A stretch of DNA of 62,313 nt, counting the filler, from Hausera hauseri (lineage: Eukaryota): NCBI GenBank assembly GCA_046269625.1. It is 12 parts of 12 records of this genome, joined end to end, with 100 filler letters (N's around TTAATTAATTAA, not from the genome) between each part and the next. Parts side by side here need not be neighbours in the genome. Positions count along the whole stretch, not along the records: positions 10,988 to 16,128 come from JBJURY010323606.1; positions 16,229 to 20,272 come from JBJURY010798090.1; positions 20,373 to 25,978 come from JBJURY010222188.1; positions 26,079 to 31,732 come from JBJURY010212744.1; 8 more parts are not named here. One strand, 5' to 3'. How positions within the stretch are numbered: position 1 is the first letter of the stretch; each line of letters begins with the position of its first letter. Below the pieces are notes generated by a model that made no database searches, was not told the origin of the DNA, and worked only from the letters and a program-made list of their open reading frames with translations. Shown one piece after another: positions 13,397 to 27,029 of the stretch. Both the position numbers and the translations under genes were made by a program.

Positions 13397-16128
13397 ATGC
13401 ATGTAAATATTCATAGAGATGAACATTCATTGCATTTTCTTTGCCTTGATGCAGAGTCAGAGGATGAATTTCTAATCTGGATGGAACAAATTGATCATTG
13501 CTCAATTGGTTCAATTCCTTTAGACGTAATAGTATTTAGCAATCTCAGTGATATTTGGAGAGATAATTCCAACGAATTCGACGCACTTACACATTTTTCT
13601 TCTGGAAATGACTGCAGTTTAATTGATGACGGTAATAAAATCGCCGAAAATGTACATTTAAGACGACAGCCAAGTGACGTTTTGAACATTATCAATAAGT
13701 CATCAGTAACAAGTCCGATATTCCTTACAGCGGATTTAAAGTTTAATCGAAGTAGGTCAAGTTACTGTTTCAAAAATCCGCCGCTGAACAATAATCAAGC
13801 CCCCAGTTGCAGATCTGGGTGGATCGAAAGGTAGAGCCAACTGAAACCGAAGCTCCTAGAATGTTTCTTTTTACAGACTAATAAATCACTGATACGAATT
13901 TTTTGCCAGTGTGGATAACATGGTAAATTACAAATCTATTGAGTACAATCCTGGGACAACGGTACAAATTGTTATTGAGAAAATGGTCAAAGTGTTACGT
14001 CTGTAGAATACCATTGATGAATTGCTCTTGTGTGAAGTTGTCGGACGATGTATGGAAGTCGACGTTAACGGCGGAATGACAAAGAAAATTGCCAAACGAG
14101 GAAAACCTAGTATTTTTTTCGAACAAAACCGACGATCTTTGATGAAAACCGATTATGTTTTGACTGTACTCAATTACTGGAAACCCATGTATGGATTGTC
14201 TCGTCGTTTGGAACTCTGTTTGAATGACAAACAGAATCATATGACGTCGTGCGATGGATATTCGGACGAAATGCTCAATGGCGATGATGAGTCGTACCAG
14301 GATTTTTTACGGAAGGGCAGTACCACATCGAGATATTTATTAACGGATAGATATAACGTTGATATGGATGATAAACAAGTACAAACGGATCCGATTGTTG
14401 GTCCGCTGGTTGTACCTAGCCGGAAACCTTCGGGTAAAGTGCCTTTTAATCCTCATATTATCGTTTTGAAAGGTGATATTGGCGATTCACCGTTGGTTAT
14501 CAATCTCACAGACAGTGTATCATTCGGTACGCTGGGTTCCAATTCTACAGTTACTCTGAAATTGAATAATCTATCTAATCAGATCGTATGTTCTATTTAC
14601 AAAGGATCTATTGATCATTCAAATTCCTATTGTTTTTTCTTAAAGATGTATTCAATAATAAAGATTTGTCCATCTCCTTTAATGGAATTAAAGCATTCGA
14701 TAAAGTTTCGTTAGCATGTGGTGACATCATTGAAGTCGGTTATGACTATGCCTTCTTTTTCAAAAATGCTTTCAAAGAAACTCATGACAGGACGAAATTG
14801 AATCATTATGTCAATTCGGCAAACGACATGAAACAAATTCCGTCGTCATTCGGTCAATCGGAACATGTTCTCGACACGAGCAGTATAAGTAGTTTCAATG
14901 ATTCTCGGACGAGATCTGGTAGCAATTATGGTGTACCGAAGAAGAAAGTTTCGATTGACCTTAGTGGAATTACACTTAAATGTTTCTTTTTACAAGACTA
15001 ATAACAGTATGAAAAAACCCGTTCTTAATTTTGCACTTTGTCTCGAAAATCTCACTCTAGGACTGTCCAATGATAAGAAACATAGGTCCGCATTACGTCT
15101 TTCGTGTTATTCCGTGAAAGAAGACCTATTTTCTGAAGTGCTAGACAAAGTGTTAATGGGCGATTGGATAAAAACCTTTATTGAGGCCCTTGGTATTACT
15201 AATCCTAAGTCGACAAAATGCTCTGAAACAATCGATTTGCTTAAAGATGAAAATAATGAATGTGAAGATGACATTATGCAACGTTCTTTGACTACGATAC
15301 AAAGTATGGGTTCTGAATCAATTTATGATGAAGTATGTCTATCGGATCCAAGAGAACTTGAATCGAGTTTCGAACAAAATTATCAAAATAATTTTTAATA
15401 ATCAGTATCAGAGGCATTGGAGTAGTTATATCATAGAAGTACCAAATTCCCGATTAACAAATGCCCAACCAATTCAACCTCCAAGTGCTCCTTATGCCGG
15501 TAGAAGAAGTCTCAGAGATCGTCCATTGCCATCGTTACCTACATCATCACCAGACTCAGAGAACAACTCAGATACAAAAGTCAATACACCAACAGTTTCC
15601 AACTGTAGCCAGGAACATTCGTCGTCAGCAACGATGAGTAGCAAAGCGGACTCTACTTGCACTCCAACCTTTCAGAATTCTTCAGAAGACAACATCAATT
15701 CAATATCAAATTCATTCATATCGATACAGTCTTTCGATCAAACTGCTAACGTTTATGCACGAAAAGTTTGTAGGTTGGATTCTGCTGACACACATTTGTC
15801 TCGAATCTCTCGACAGAAAATTCTGTTTTTACAGCTTATTATGACGGAATTGTATTTCGATAAACTCGATAATGTTATGTTGATTTTGGAAATATTGAAT
15901 GATAAGATCGTAAATAACTCAACTATACGCAAAACTCTAAAATTTGAAATATTTAACAGACACTTTCTCTTTTGACACAAACATATGATTGGAAAGGTGA
16001 AGCTCCATCAAAAACCGAATATGAAACATTCAAAACTATTCATGAATATTGATCAACGGTGTGTGGAGAATTACAGTTGCTTCTTGAGAATATTTGCTAC
16101 TCCACAAATGGTATTAATTTTACCGATA
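13397..16128 (+). pseudogene. RADIL/RASIP1-like gene (Ras-association + FHA-like domains, possible upstream PH fragment), disrupted
   Basis: LLCEVVGR...YWKPMYGLSRRLEL matches the RADIL RA-domain end (WKPREGLSRRFEL). SFNG...LACGDIIEVGYDYAFFFKN fits FHA. LCLDAESEDEFLIWMEQI resembles a PH C-terminal helix. Several stops and frameshifts. Confidence 0.6.
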
Positions 16129-16244
16129 NNNNNNNNNNNNNNNNNNNNNNNNNNNNNNNNNNNNNNNNNNNNTTAATTAATTAANNNNNNNNNNNNNNNN
16201 NNNNNNNNNNNNNNNNNNNNNNNNNNNNATTTTTCTTGTAACTA

Positions 16245-17382
16245 TACTTCCTTGCGATTAATGAGTATATAAAAAAAGAAATGTTTCGGATGTACACGTT
16301 CACTAGAAAGCAGCTTAGGCATAATAGTAAAACAGTTTACAGAGATTTTCTGCAAGTTTGAAGAGATAAGCGTCTGGAGCTTCAAACATTAGATGTTAGT
16401 TAGCCGATTTCGACACTGGTCACAAGTCATCGTTTTCCGATGCAGAACATACGGATCATCCAAGAATGATGAGAATCGATGATAATATAGAAGCAGTGAA
16501 ACAGCTGTTAGAGAATAACACGAATGTGTCTACCAGAGACATCACCAACGTTCTCAGTATCAATAAACAAACAGCACTCAAAATTTTAAAAGATGACCTT
16601 CAACTACGAAAAGTATGCATAATTTGGATACCGTATCAACTTAATACTGTAACCAATAGCTGCGTGTAAATTCAGCCAAACATCTACTGCAAAAGATTTC
16701 AGAAATGGGTGATAATGTAATTCGATTGTACGTTGTTGAAGATAAAAGCTGGACAGAGCATCATTCAGTGGCAACAAAATAGGAAACAGAGTGTGGATTA
16801 GGTCACTTTCAAAACAACCTCAGGTTTTTCGTCCTCATCTTACACCACACAAATCTCTTCTGATCATTTGTTTTACCTGCAATAAAAAGGTCAGTGTAAA
16901 AGGTTTACCCTACCCACAGACAATCAATTCTGATATCTACATTCAACTTCTAAAATCAACAGGCGATCACTGGATAACTCTTTACAGTGATCCAACGAAA
17001 TTGTCCGAGCTTCAATATCAACATGACAACGCAATATTAACAAAGGAGTTCCTACAAAAATGTAGGGTTTCAATGCTTTTTTCAATCTCCTTACTCACCT
17101 GACTCCAACTTCTGCGACCGGTGGCTCTTCCTTTTCATGAAAAAGCAACTACGAAAACAAACCTTCAATTCTGCATGAGATTAAAAAGGTTGCGTTGCAC
17201 ATGTTCAACAGCATACCGTCTGATCTATTTCTCCACAAACTTGAAGCATTACTTGAAAAATTTACGCGCAGTTATGCGCATTGGAGGACATTATGTTACA
17301 GAATAACGCTCTACGTTTTATTCAATTATATTTGTTTTTCTGGTATCACAATTTGATCAATATTTAATTGGCACCCGAAGTA
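16245..17382 (+). mobile_element. mariner-type (Tc1/mariner) DNA transposon, degenerate transposase
   Basis: HTH STRDITNVLSINKQTALKILKDDLQLRKV, WIPYQL (WVPHEL motif), QHDNA, SPYSPDSNFCD (YSPDLAPxD motif). Degenerate TIRs tacttc.. / ..gaagta. Confidence 0.88.
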
Positions 17383-17929
17383 TGAGGATGATTTTGTACA
17401 CCTATTAGGTTCATAAATTATTCATAAAACAGCTACAATTTGTTGTTGACAAAGGAGATTTGGACTTACAATGTGAACCACTACCTTCAATAACGTAAGG
17501 CCTCATCATAGCAATATCACCCCAACACCATTATCCAAACACAGCAATTTTGAACATTTATTCGAGTTGTTTCTTGTTATATGATCACTGAGCATTGATC
17601 AGTTAAAAAGCATAGTCACAAATTTTGGTAAAACTTAAACAAATGTGAAACTGCGTACTTTATTGTTGTCTTCATTTGCACGAGCTTTGGATGGTTCATT
17701 CACCTTTCATGTCGTGTTTACTTGTCACCATATACATGTCCCCAGAGAGAGAATTATGTTGTGACACAGAAGTATCAAACTTTATAAGGTATGCAGAAGT
17801 AGCAAGCCAGTATATCGAGTAATAAAAGTGAAACAGATACGAAAAACGTATCGTAGAACTAAACATTTGTCAAATTTCACATGCCAAAAAGAGTATCAAC
17901 ACTACAAAAGACCGGAACGAACCAGCTTG

Positions 17930-19870
17930 CTACGGGCGGATTAACGAGCACAACGAAAATCTTATTAGACACAGGAGCCTAAGTGAACGCTATCAGCAAA
18001 GACATGCTGAAAAGTTGAAAGGCTCAGATAACACGTTGAAAACCCGACAATCATCCATAAAAATCAAGTGCGCTGATGGATTTACAGTGCCCGTACGAGC
18101 TGAAGTGCCCCTGATGGTTGAATTAGGTGCTAAGCTGAAAACTCTTAACTTCTTAGTTGTGGATGGTCTGAGCCCTGGCATAATTCTTAGGATACGAAGT
18201 ATGAAGAGTCTTGGGCTTAATATCGATCTAGATAATAATGGTGTTAATAGTGGAGCAATATTTGTTCATTTGTTTCTAAGGTAAATGCAGACACAACAGT
18301 TCCAGCAAATCAGTTAAACTAAAAGGGCACTGCTTTGAAGAGTCGAAAACAGTACGTCTCCTGTGAGATTCAAACTGTAGCAGCTGCAGTTACACACGAA
18401 GCGACCAAAATTGAATGTATTTTATTCTAATTTCAATGTGTAGATGGTAGCAATAGTGATAATATTATACTAGCTTAGTGAAAGAATTCAGAGATGTATT
18501 TACTTTGATTAAATATGATATAGGATTGGCGGGAAACGCTGAGCATAAAATAGGTCTTAAAGATGATAGCCTAATACGGGAGCAGGCAAGGAGAATCCCT
18601 ATTGCACTCCAAGAAAAAGTCGATGATTTTGTTGAACAGTTGTTACAGAAAATATTATTCAACCAAGTGTATCAGAGTGAACGCTCTTATAGTTATGGTT
18701 CCGAAGAAGGACGGAGACATTCGACTTACAGTGGATTACCGGAGATTAAATCAAAAGACAAAAGTGCCTTAATTTCCTGTTCCGGATACGCAGCAACTTT
18801 TTGATGCTTTCGGAGGATCGAAGTACTTTAGTAAAATTGATCTGGCTACGGGGTACTATAACATACGTCTTGCAGATTGTGACAGAGAGCAAACAGCTTT
18901 TCGTGTGAGAAAAGGATATTTGGAGTTTTTGAGATTGTCAATGTGCTTGGCAGCTGCGTCAACAACTTTTCAGAGAGTTATGAAAACAATATTGAAGGAT
19001 GAAGACAGAAAGGAATGTTTTATATATTTTGATGATATCTTAGTTTTTGGAAAAGCACAGAAGAAACATCTTGACAGACTGAGAAATGTGCTAACCAAAA
19101 TCAAAGAAACTGGTTGAAGAATTGCACCAGCAAAGTGCCATTTCTTTGCAAATGATGTAAGGTATCTAGGCCATAGAGTGTCAGCCAGTGGAACTTCAAC
19201 GGATGAGAATAAAATCAAGTGCATCCAAGATTGGCCACAGCCAGGGTCTAAGGAAGATATGAGGAGATTTCTTGGACTTTGCAGATAATACCGAAATTAT
19301 ATTAAAGATTGCGCCAAAATTGTTGCGCCATTGTAAGACCCATGTAAAGACATTTGGAATAAAACAAAGACTAGAAAAATGCATCCGTTGCAATGGTCAG
19401 ATTATATGCTCAACGCCTTCCTTCATTTAAAACGATGTTTAACAACAGTTCCAACTTTGTTAGTTCGAAATAGCCATGACCATTTTATATTGGATATGGA
19501 TGCATACGATAATACCAATGGATTCATCCTTTCTCAAGTTCAAAATGGAGATGAAAGAGTAATAGCCTACTCTTTACATAAATTGTCTAGAGCAGAACAG
19601 CATTATTGTGTGGCAAGAAAAGAGTTGCTAAGTGTCTATAAATAAACAAAAAGTTTAGAAGACTTGTCATAAAAACATCACAAGTCCCTATGCTGGATGA
19701 TGAAGAGGAAAACACAAAGTACAAGCCAATTTAGTTCATGGCTCAATGAGTTAACTGTTTTCCATATGGGTATCCAATACAGGAAAGGCGAAGAACATAA
19801 GAATGCAGATACTCTATCCCGAGCCCTTGAAAAATGTCAAAGATGCGCCATTCCAACTTTAGACAACACA
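17930..19870 (+). mobile_element. Degenerate Ty3/Gypsy pol (protease-RT-RNase H)
   Basis: LLDTGA, SKIDLATGYY, FQRVMK..IYFDDILVF, YLGHRVS, DMDAYD..GFILSQ..ERVIAYS, RKELL, HKNADTLSR. Confidence 0.93.
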
Positions 19871-20372
19871 ATCACAAAGAATATATTGAAAGGAAAACTA
19901 TGTGAATTCGATTTGGAATTTGCCACATTGATTAATTTATCAAATCAAAATACTGAAAATATCGGTAGTTTGCAAGAATGTATTAATGTCGAAATTCTCA
20001 ATCTATCAAAGAGCAGTATTTTTTCGTTGAACTTATTTCTGTCCTTTTCAAATGTTCCAATTTTATATCTATCGCGAATAAGATAACAACTTTCGCAATG
20101 CAGTTTTTATACGTCCAATGGAATCCACAACTTCCTTCGAGAACCTTACGAGATCATTCATGAAATATGTGCACTTCTCGAAATAAGAAAATCTCTGAGA
20201 CAGACAAAGGTCTAAAAAGTCGTCAAACAGGGCGAGTGTTGAATATTCAATCTGTTTAAATATTCCTATTTGNNNNNNNNNNNNNNNNNNNNNNNNNNNN
20301 NNNNNNNNNNNNNNNNTTAATTAATTAANNNNNNNNNNNNNNNNNNNNNNNNNNNNNNNNNNNNNNNNNNNN

Positions 20373-21269
20373 AATACTAATGCTGATACGTTATTCTCCA
20401 TGATTTTCTTTGACAGAAATTGATCCATTCCCGGTAAACTAATGAGATGGGCCTTCAACAATTCATAAAATGCTTCGGCATTCCTTTTCCCAGGACTATT
20501 TTGTCTGATAGCCTTTGGTTCATCCGTATTTGAAATCTTTGGTTTACGTCCTTCGACTTTAATTTCATCGACTCGCTTATACAGATTGATCATGACATGT
20601 TTCAAAGTTTGACGACAGTGCCAAGTGTTATGATTCGGGTTTAATTTCACCACAGCCCAGATAACATCCATTTCCTCTGGAGTTAGATTACATTTTTGGT
20701 TGTTACGTAATTCGAATAATGTATGTTTCTTCAACATATAACTTCCAAAGGATTTAAATTGCTTATCTGCAATTCATTTTGAGGAACATATTTTGAACCT
20801 TTTGACGCTTCCTTTAAACGTGACGGAAAGCTGTTAAAATCCTTGTGTAGGATTGTACCTGATTCTTGTTCAACTTCTTCGGCTGTCATTGTTCGAAGAC
20901 TTTTAATTTCAGACGACGGGGTTGAGCGATAATTATACGTTGAATGAGACGACTAACAAAAGACCCTGATTCTCTATTTTGAAATGATCTTAGCATATCC
21001 TTGTAATTCATACGAGAATGCATGTCAATGAAACCTTTGCCGGTTAAAAATTTCGATAAATTTGACATTTCCAATCTGAATCCGTATTCATTCAGAAATT
21101 TCAAACCAGTTCCCACTGGGACAAAACCAGTATCATTGTGGCCATAATGTTTAAAAACAATGAGCATAACAAATCCCGATGTGTCATCATGAGATTGCAT
21201 ATCATCATATGAAAAGTTCAAAGTCTGTAAGTCCATATCGAGATCATGATATCCCACTTCTGACACCAT
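20373..21269 (-). pseudogene. Degenerate host gene fragment, possibly a multi-EF-hand (EFCAB6-like) protein
   Basis: Reading frame continues across stops. FKHYGHNDTGFVP..LKFLNEYGFRL and GFIDMHSRMNYKDML resemble EF-hand pairs. Confidence 0.3.
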
Positions 21270-22729
21270 TGTAAGGTTACGAGAAATAATCCAAGAAATT
21301 ATTCTTTATTCAAACGTTTTTTAAATAACAAATCTTTATTGTTTAATCCATAATATCATAATTCTTCAAAACTCAAATCATATTTACAGAAGTAGTAAAA
21401 GAACAACAATCAATAGAGACTACACGATCAATCGGTCAGTTGCTGATTGTCCATAATATGGGCAAAAATTGGAGTTTTTCACAAAACTCATATTATTGGT
21501 TGTGCAATTAGTTACATATTGACTGGTGGGGGATTCGGGGGGTTTAACGTAATTTCACTGTATCTGTATCAGATTTTCAACAAGTTGGAGAATATAATGA
21601 GAGTCCAATGACGGCTGATTTGCGAGTTGGTAGCCGATTGATAGTGAGATATATTCCAACAAACCGGCACATTGCGATGACTAATGATGGGATGAGAATA
21701 TAAAGAAAGAAGAAACTGCTTCGGACTTCTTGAACGACATCTTCAGTAACATTGACAAAGAACGTTTTATGTTTGAAGTTAATGTTAGTTGAAACAACGA
21801 TACAAACATACTGGCCCGATCACTGGTAGAACGCTCTCTTGCAAATTAGAGTACTGGATATTTTGTTATCAGATTCTCGATTTTCAACAATTTTTTTCAT
21901 TTTATATCAATTTTTAATCCTCGTCTTTCCATTTTTATTGTTTGACTTAGGTCTGACATAGCGATTTTATTAATTACTTTCTGTCCCCATTGTAGGCCAT
22001 AAATTCGTTCCTGGTATATTGTTTCCGCTGTACATTTTAACTTTATTTCCGAATTAAGTGCTGCTTAAATGTTCACAACGTCTGGTCCATGAATGACGAT
22101 AATCTTGTTGTCATGACCACGACATGAGATAATACATCATCCAATTGAGAATTTCGATTATAGTGCAATTCAGGCGTTCTGATATGGCCGACTTTAGGTT
22201 TTGAACTGAGTTCCATTGTTTCCGGTCAACGATAAACGATGGATGTTGTTAGTCGATACATTTCACAAACGGAGTTCTTTCAAATAGACTGAGAATTTCA
22301 TTCGTCAAAAGAAATGTCAAAATTCGGGAATTAATTCTACATTGTCCGAATATTGAAATACAGCACATATACGTAACCCCTAAATGATGAAACTTATTCT
22401 TTTCTACATTCGAATTGTTGAAAAGCTTTAAAGTTTCAAAGTGCAGCTGCATCAAAATTTTATTTTTTTAATATTTGGTATTTCAGTTTCGTTCATCGGA
22501 ATTTCTGCTGTTAGTTCGCCAAACCAATTGACATTAACACTCGCTGAAACGCCACAAATATTTTCCCATCGTTTTCTGTTGAATTAACGATAACGAATTT
22601 CGGATAAGGCAGGTAGCTAGAGTGAACTCGAAAGGGTGCCATATTGGATTTGAATAGACCAAATTCAACTGGTTAGTCGGTTGGTCTTAGAAGTCAATTT
22701 CTGACTGCAGAACTCAGTGCAGTTGGACT

Positions 22730-24204
22730 GTGGTGGTGCCCGAGTACCCGGCACCACATTAACCCCGTTATAAAAAAGATACTTTCGGAGCATTAATGTA
22801 ACAAAAACATTAAGGCAAAACAGAAAGTTGTATGCGAACTATTGAGTCCTTGTGTGGACAAGACGTTGAACATTATCGATATTTTGTTCTCTGCTATATT
22901 TGCTAAATGCAAGTGTCTTGCTTTGTTTAACGTGTTGTTTGGTTGTCTGTTGAGGTGATTGGGATACAGTTAAATTTTGGTTTGAAATGTCAGCGGGTTG
23001 AGAACTGGTCGGTATGTCGTTCAGTGTAGCTTTTTGAGTTAATGAGGGTTTTAGAGTAGCAGGTTGTCGTGTAAATAGAATGGAAGAAGAATTGAAGGAG
23101 TCAAGAAAGGTTTGTGTGGACTCAGCTGAGGCATCAGGTGTATCGTTAATGAAGAATGCTGGTTTCAAGTTAGCTAAGTGCACGTTTTGTTCTTTATCGT
23201 TTTTGAGTATCGTAACTGTGTGTGAGGTAATAATGAGGACTTTATATGGTTCTAAATAGTTTGGTTGGGATCCGGAAGATGAATGGTTTTAACCACACAA
23301 ACTTTGCATTAAATAGTGAATCAGGTAAGTATGTTCTGTCACCATGTATTATTTTGCAGAAAGAGTCCTGGATTAATTGTACGAAATGATTTTGTACCAA
23401 CCTAATGGTTTCGTCAGTTGGTGTGTTGTCCAAACCGGTGGTAGTAGACGATGTGTTACGCTACCCGAGTAGAACGAAAGGAAGGATAGTAGTCCAGTTC
23501 ATGTGAGTTTCGGCTAGGATTTTTAACAACATCTTAAGAGTGCGATGAAAACATTCCAATAAGGCGTCCGACTGGTGTTGATATGGAGTTGTGTGTATGT
23601 GATTTATGCCCAGTCGATTAACTAAAGACTTGAATAGATTAGATTCAAATTGAGGACCTTGGTCCGTAATTATATAGCGCGGTGAACCGAATTGGCTAAT
23701 CCAAATTCTTATGAATGCATCGACTGTTGAATCTATATTGATGGAGCGCAATGGAACAGCTTCAGGCCAACGAGATACGCGGTCCATCATTGTCAAAACG
23801 AATTGGTGACCGTTATCACACGGTAATGGGTCGATGATATCTAAGTGAACTGATTCAAAACGGGAAGTGCAGGGAAATTGAATTAATGGTGGTTTAAGAT
23901 GCTTGGCTACCTTAAATTTTTGGCAAGATACGCATTGTTTAACCCAGCTCTGCACGTCAGATCTCATCGATGGCCATGTTAGATGACGTTTGAGGAGGCG
24001 CAATGTAGCCTTTGAACCTAGATGATGCAATGAATGAACGTGTTGAAATGCAGTTTGTTGGAGAGAAGGTGCCAAAATTGGCAAATGTTGCCCAGGTGTC
24101 GACGTGTTTATGGCTATTCCATCGATGATTTGTACGGATTTGTCATGTTTCAGAGTTTCAGAGGAAGGGGAATTTTGGATTAATTGTTCCTTAGAGAATA
24201 TTGG
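22730..24204 (-). mobile_element. Ty3/Gypsy (CsRn1-like) integrase region with PPT and 3' LTR start; 5' truncated
   Basis: HVHSLHHLG..WPSMRSDVQSWVKQCVSCQ, HLDIIDPLP, IITDQGPQFES, ECFHRTLK. GGGGTTAA then TGTGGTGCC at 22758, which forms a short hairpin. Confidence 0.93.
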
Positions 24205-24308
24205 TGTGGTGCCCACAGCGGCCGGTGCTCTTTGGCTCATTTGGTCGGGCACGGTCCGGCGTCCATTGCCGCCGAGTCGGGCCCATAGTCAGGCCCGATC
24301 TTCCGCCT
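24205..24308 (+). repeat. About 104-bp GC-rich two-hairpin repeat (probable LTR 5' segment of the CsRn1-like family). Copies at 37674-37775 (+) and 54622-54725 (-)
   Basis: Three alignable copies; two start TGTGGTGCC and all end near TTCC(G/C)xCT. Confidence 0.8.
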
Positions 24309-24338
24309 CGAAAATTTCTCCATCCAAAAGTTTTATCA

Positions 24339-24830
24339 GTAAAACGAACTCTTCCAGAAGACGTAATATGCAATCTCTTAACTCATTTAGCGTCAGCACT
24401 TGACGTTATGAACGTTCAAGAAATAACGCGCAGGGATCTAAAACTAGGTAACATTCTCTTATGCTTTCCCACAGAAGCGAAGTTCCGGCGACCGAATTTC
24501 GATGCCATCAAATCGAAAATTCGTCATAAACTCGCTGATCTTGGTTTTGACAGATTTCTTCAGAAAGGTATTATGGCTGTGACACTGTGCGGATCTCCAA
24601 TGTATATGGCGCCTGAAGTTTTACTGTGTAAAAACTATACAATAACTGTTGATATTTGGAGTATGGGTGTCATAATTTATCAGTGCCTAATCGGGGTCGC
24701 TCCGTTCCAAGCTAATGATTCGGAAGCTCTTAAAGCAATTTACCAAAAACCATTGGATCAAATAACATTTCCAGCCCATGCGTCAACATATTTACGTGAT
24801 GTAATAAAGAAAATATTACTATCTAATTAT
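24339..24830 (+). pseudogene. ULK1: ULK1/Atg1 Ser/Thr kinase fragment, catalytically degenerate
   Basis: KRTLPED, RRDLKLGNILL (HRDLKPQN), KLADLGFDRFL (DFG), MAVTLCGSPMYMAPEV, DIWSMG, QCLIGVAPFQA. Preceded by an acceptor ttttatcag and truncated at the 3' side. Confidence 0.85.
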
Positions 24831-24963
24831 TTCAATTACTCACTGAGGTGCAACCGCTACTGCAACCGCTAGTTAACACTTATTAACAAAAAGAGCTATA
24901 GCAACAGGCGGTCTACTTACAACTTAAATTGAGTTAAAAAGTTTTTTTTCACTAAACACATAA

Positions 24964-25970
24964 ATGGTTGAAAGAGGAGCCGATTCAACGTTAATAATTT
25001 TATTAGCAAATGAACTTCAGAAACTCATAGGAATTTTACCAATCGTCAAAATTGATGCTTATATTCTATCAAACGAAAGTGGAATTATTTATCGAATTCT
25101 ACAAGTTAAGCAGTCATCAATGTCAGATTTGCTGGCAGGAGAAGATTATGTAAAAATATGTCGGTGTCTCATTTCAATGAACGTTGATGAAATTAAGAAA
25201 CATGTCAAAAATATAACATCCAAATAATCATCCGAAGAATCGTTCCGAGCGTTCCTGAGCCAATCGATTACTATGTCAAAACTTGATATAAATTTGTGGC
25301 AAAAAGCTGATAATATTAAAACGATTTTCAATGAATTAGATGAAGAATTTGTCGGTGCAATGTCAACAGGCAAAGGGGATAAAGTAGAAGCAACAAAAGG
25401 GTTTAACAATTGCGTGGAAACATTGTTCAGTGAGTTATTCGACGAATTCGGTGGAATTTTTTTTAAATATGCACAGTTAATTCATGATAATGTGTTCAAT
25501 CAAATAATTACGTGTATGTTGAAATTCATCATTCTCATTGAAATTCGCAATTCCGAACCGATGCTCTTGACAATGGCAAAGTTTGCTCAAAATCTATTGG
25601 AAATGTACGACGAATGTTATCATTTCCAATTGGTTATTATTACATTTATTCTTCATATTAATCATTGCTTGGTGAATTATTTGGCTGTAATGTCGGGTGT
25701 TACCTTTTCCAAAGGTCTTACTGAAGTCATTTATATATGCAAAACGATCAAAAAATATTATCAGTCTTGTCTATACAGAACCAGAAAATATATCCTAAGC
25801 ATTGATTGTTTTAGAACAACGATCTCGGTTTTCCGGAATGACTGCCGATGCGATTCCGGAAAATAAAAATCATGGTGATCACATAGTCCTTGATCCGATG
25901 AATACTCCATTGGAAGATGATGATGTTGTTGTAGATTATGAAAAATTCCTAGCCAATCTATCGAATTGAT
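24964..25970 (+). pseudogene. Unidentified degenerate host coding fragment
   Basis: Two long same-frame ORFs separated by one stop. Helical composition, no recognised motif. Confidence 0.3.
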
Positions 25971-26292
25971 TTTTTGTTNNNNNNNNNNNNNNNNNNNNNN
26001 NNNNNNNNNNNNNNNNNNNNNNTTAATTAATTAANNNNNNNNNNNNNNNNNNNNNNNNNNNNNNNNNNNNNNNNNNNNAAATCCATTTTCTGCAGCAATA
26101 GCAGCTGGGCAAGGATAGTTCGGATCAAGTTTGATCCCCGTATGACGTATGTATTAAAATAGTTCCCGATTATCATTAGATAATTACTTAGAACAAACAA
26201 GTTAATCATAGGCACTTATTTTTATAAAACAATTACTATTTTAAAATGTCGACCGACTTTTCTTAGAATAGTATGAGTCATAGACTGGCAAT

Positions 26293-27029
26293 CAAGAAAA
26301 AGCGCCAATTATTCCAGCTACAACAAAAACTGTACTTGTCTGAGCATAAAGAAAATCAGCATCGACACCGCCTGTTTGGATATTCTTCAACAATGATGCA
26401 TTGGCGTTCGTTGAACTTGTGTTATAAGCATCTTTACACGGAACATCAAGAATCGTTTGATTTAGGAAACATTTTACACGCTGAAAAGAAATAGAATCTG
26501 AGTAATTTACAGTTTTAAACGTTTTACGAAATTAAATTATAAAAGAAGAAATAGTAACATATTTGAGTTTAGAACTTAGAAAAATCAAATAAACAATACT
26601 TCAAAATGATCATTTACAGTAGACTATTGATTCTGCAATTTGAAAATTATCTAACAACTGATTACGGCTGAGTCATCATTGCATTTAAGCGATATTTAAA
26701 AGCAATCGATTCTAACAGCTTTGCTGAGATAAATGTGAAAACGTATAATAATGACTTTAGATTGCACTATTCAATACTACTTGCAAGTAAATTAACCATG
26801 AAAGTAATATTGGTAATGAGTAAAAAGGATTTTTTTTATTTATTATAATGACTTTTAAACATAATGTGAAGATAAAATTAAGAAAATATTTTACGTCTGC
26901 TGGTAAATTCAAAACAGCCATATTGTAACCATAAAGCATTGACGATCCGAAGCATGTTAAGAAAACCGTTAAGACTAATTTGAATGGTATCTTTCCGTTT
27001 TGGTTACTTTCAACTAAGACTTCATCCAT
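26293..27029 (-). pseudogene. SLC2/GLUT facilitated glucose transporter, 5' two exons only (27029-26895; 26480-~26293), truncated
   Basis: LTCFGSSMLYGYNMAVLNLPAD, a GT-AG intron, then RVKCFLNQT...FLYAQTSTVFVVAGIIGAFS (flatworm SGTP-like). Homology breaks after FS. Confidence 0.8.

Noticed and set aside
24339-24830. ULK1 as a processed retrocopy or a functional 223-aa ORF
   Set aside because: A splice acceptor precedes it, the HRD and DFG motifs are mutated, and the ORF start is read through the GC repeat.
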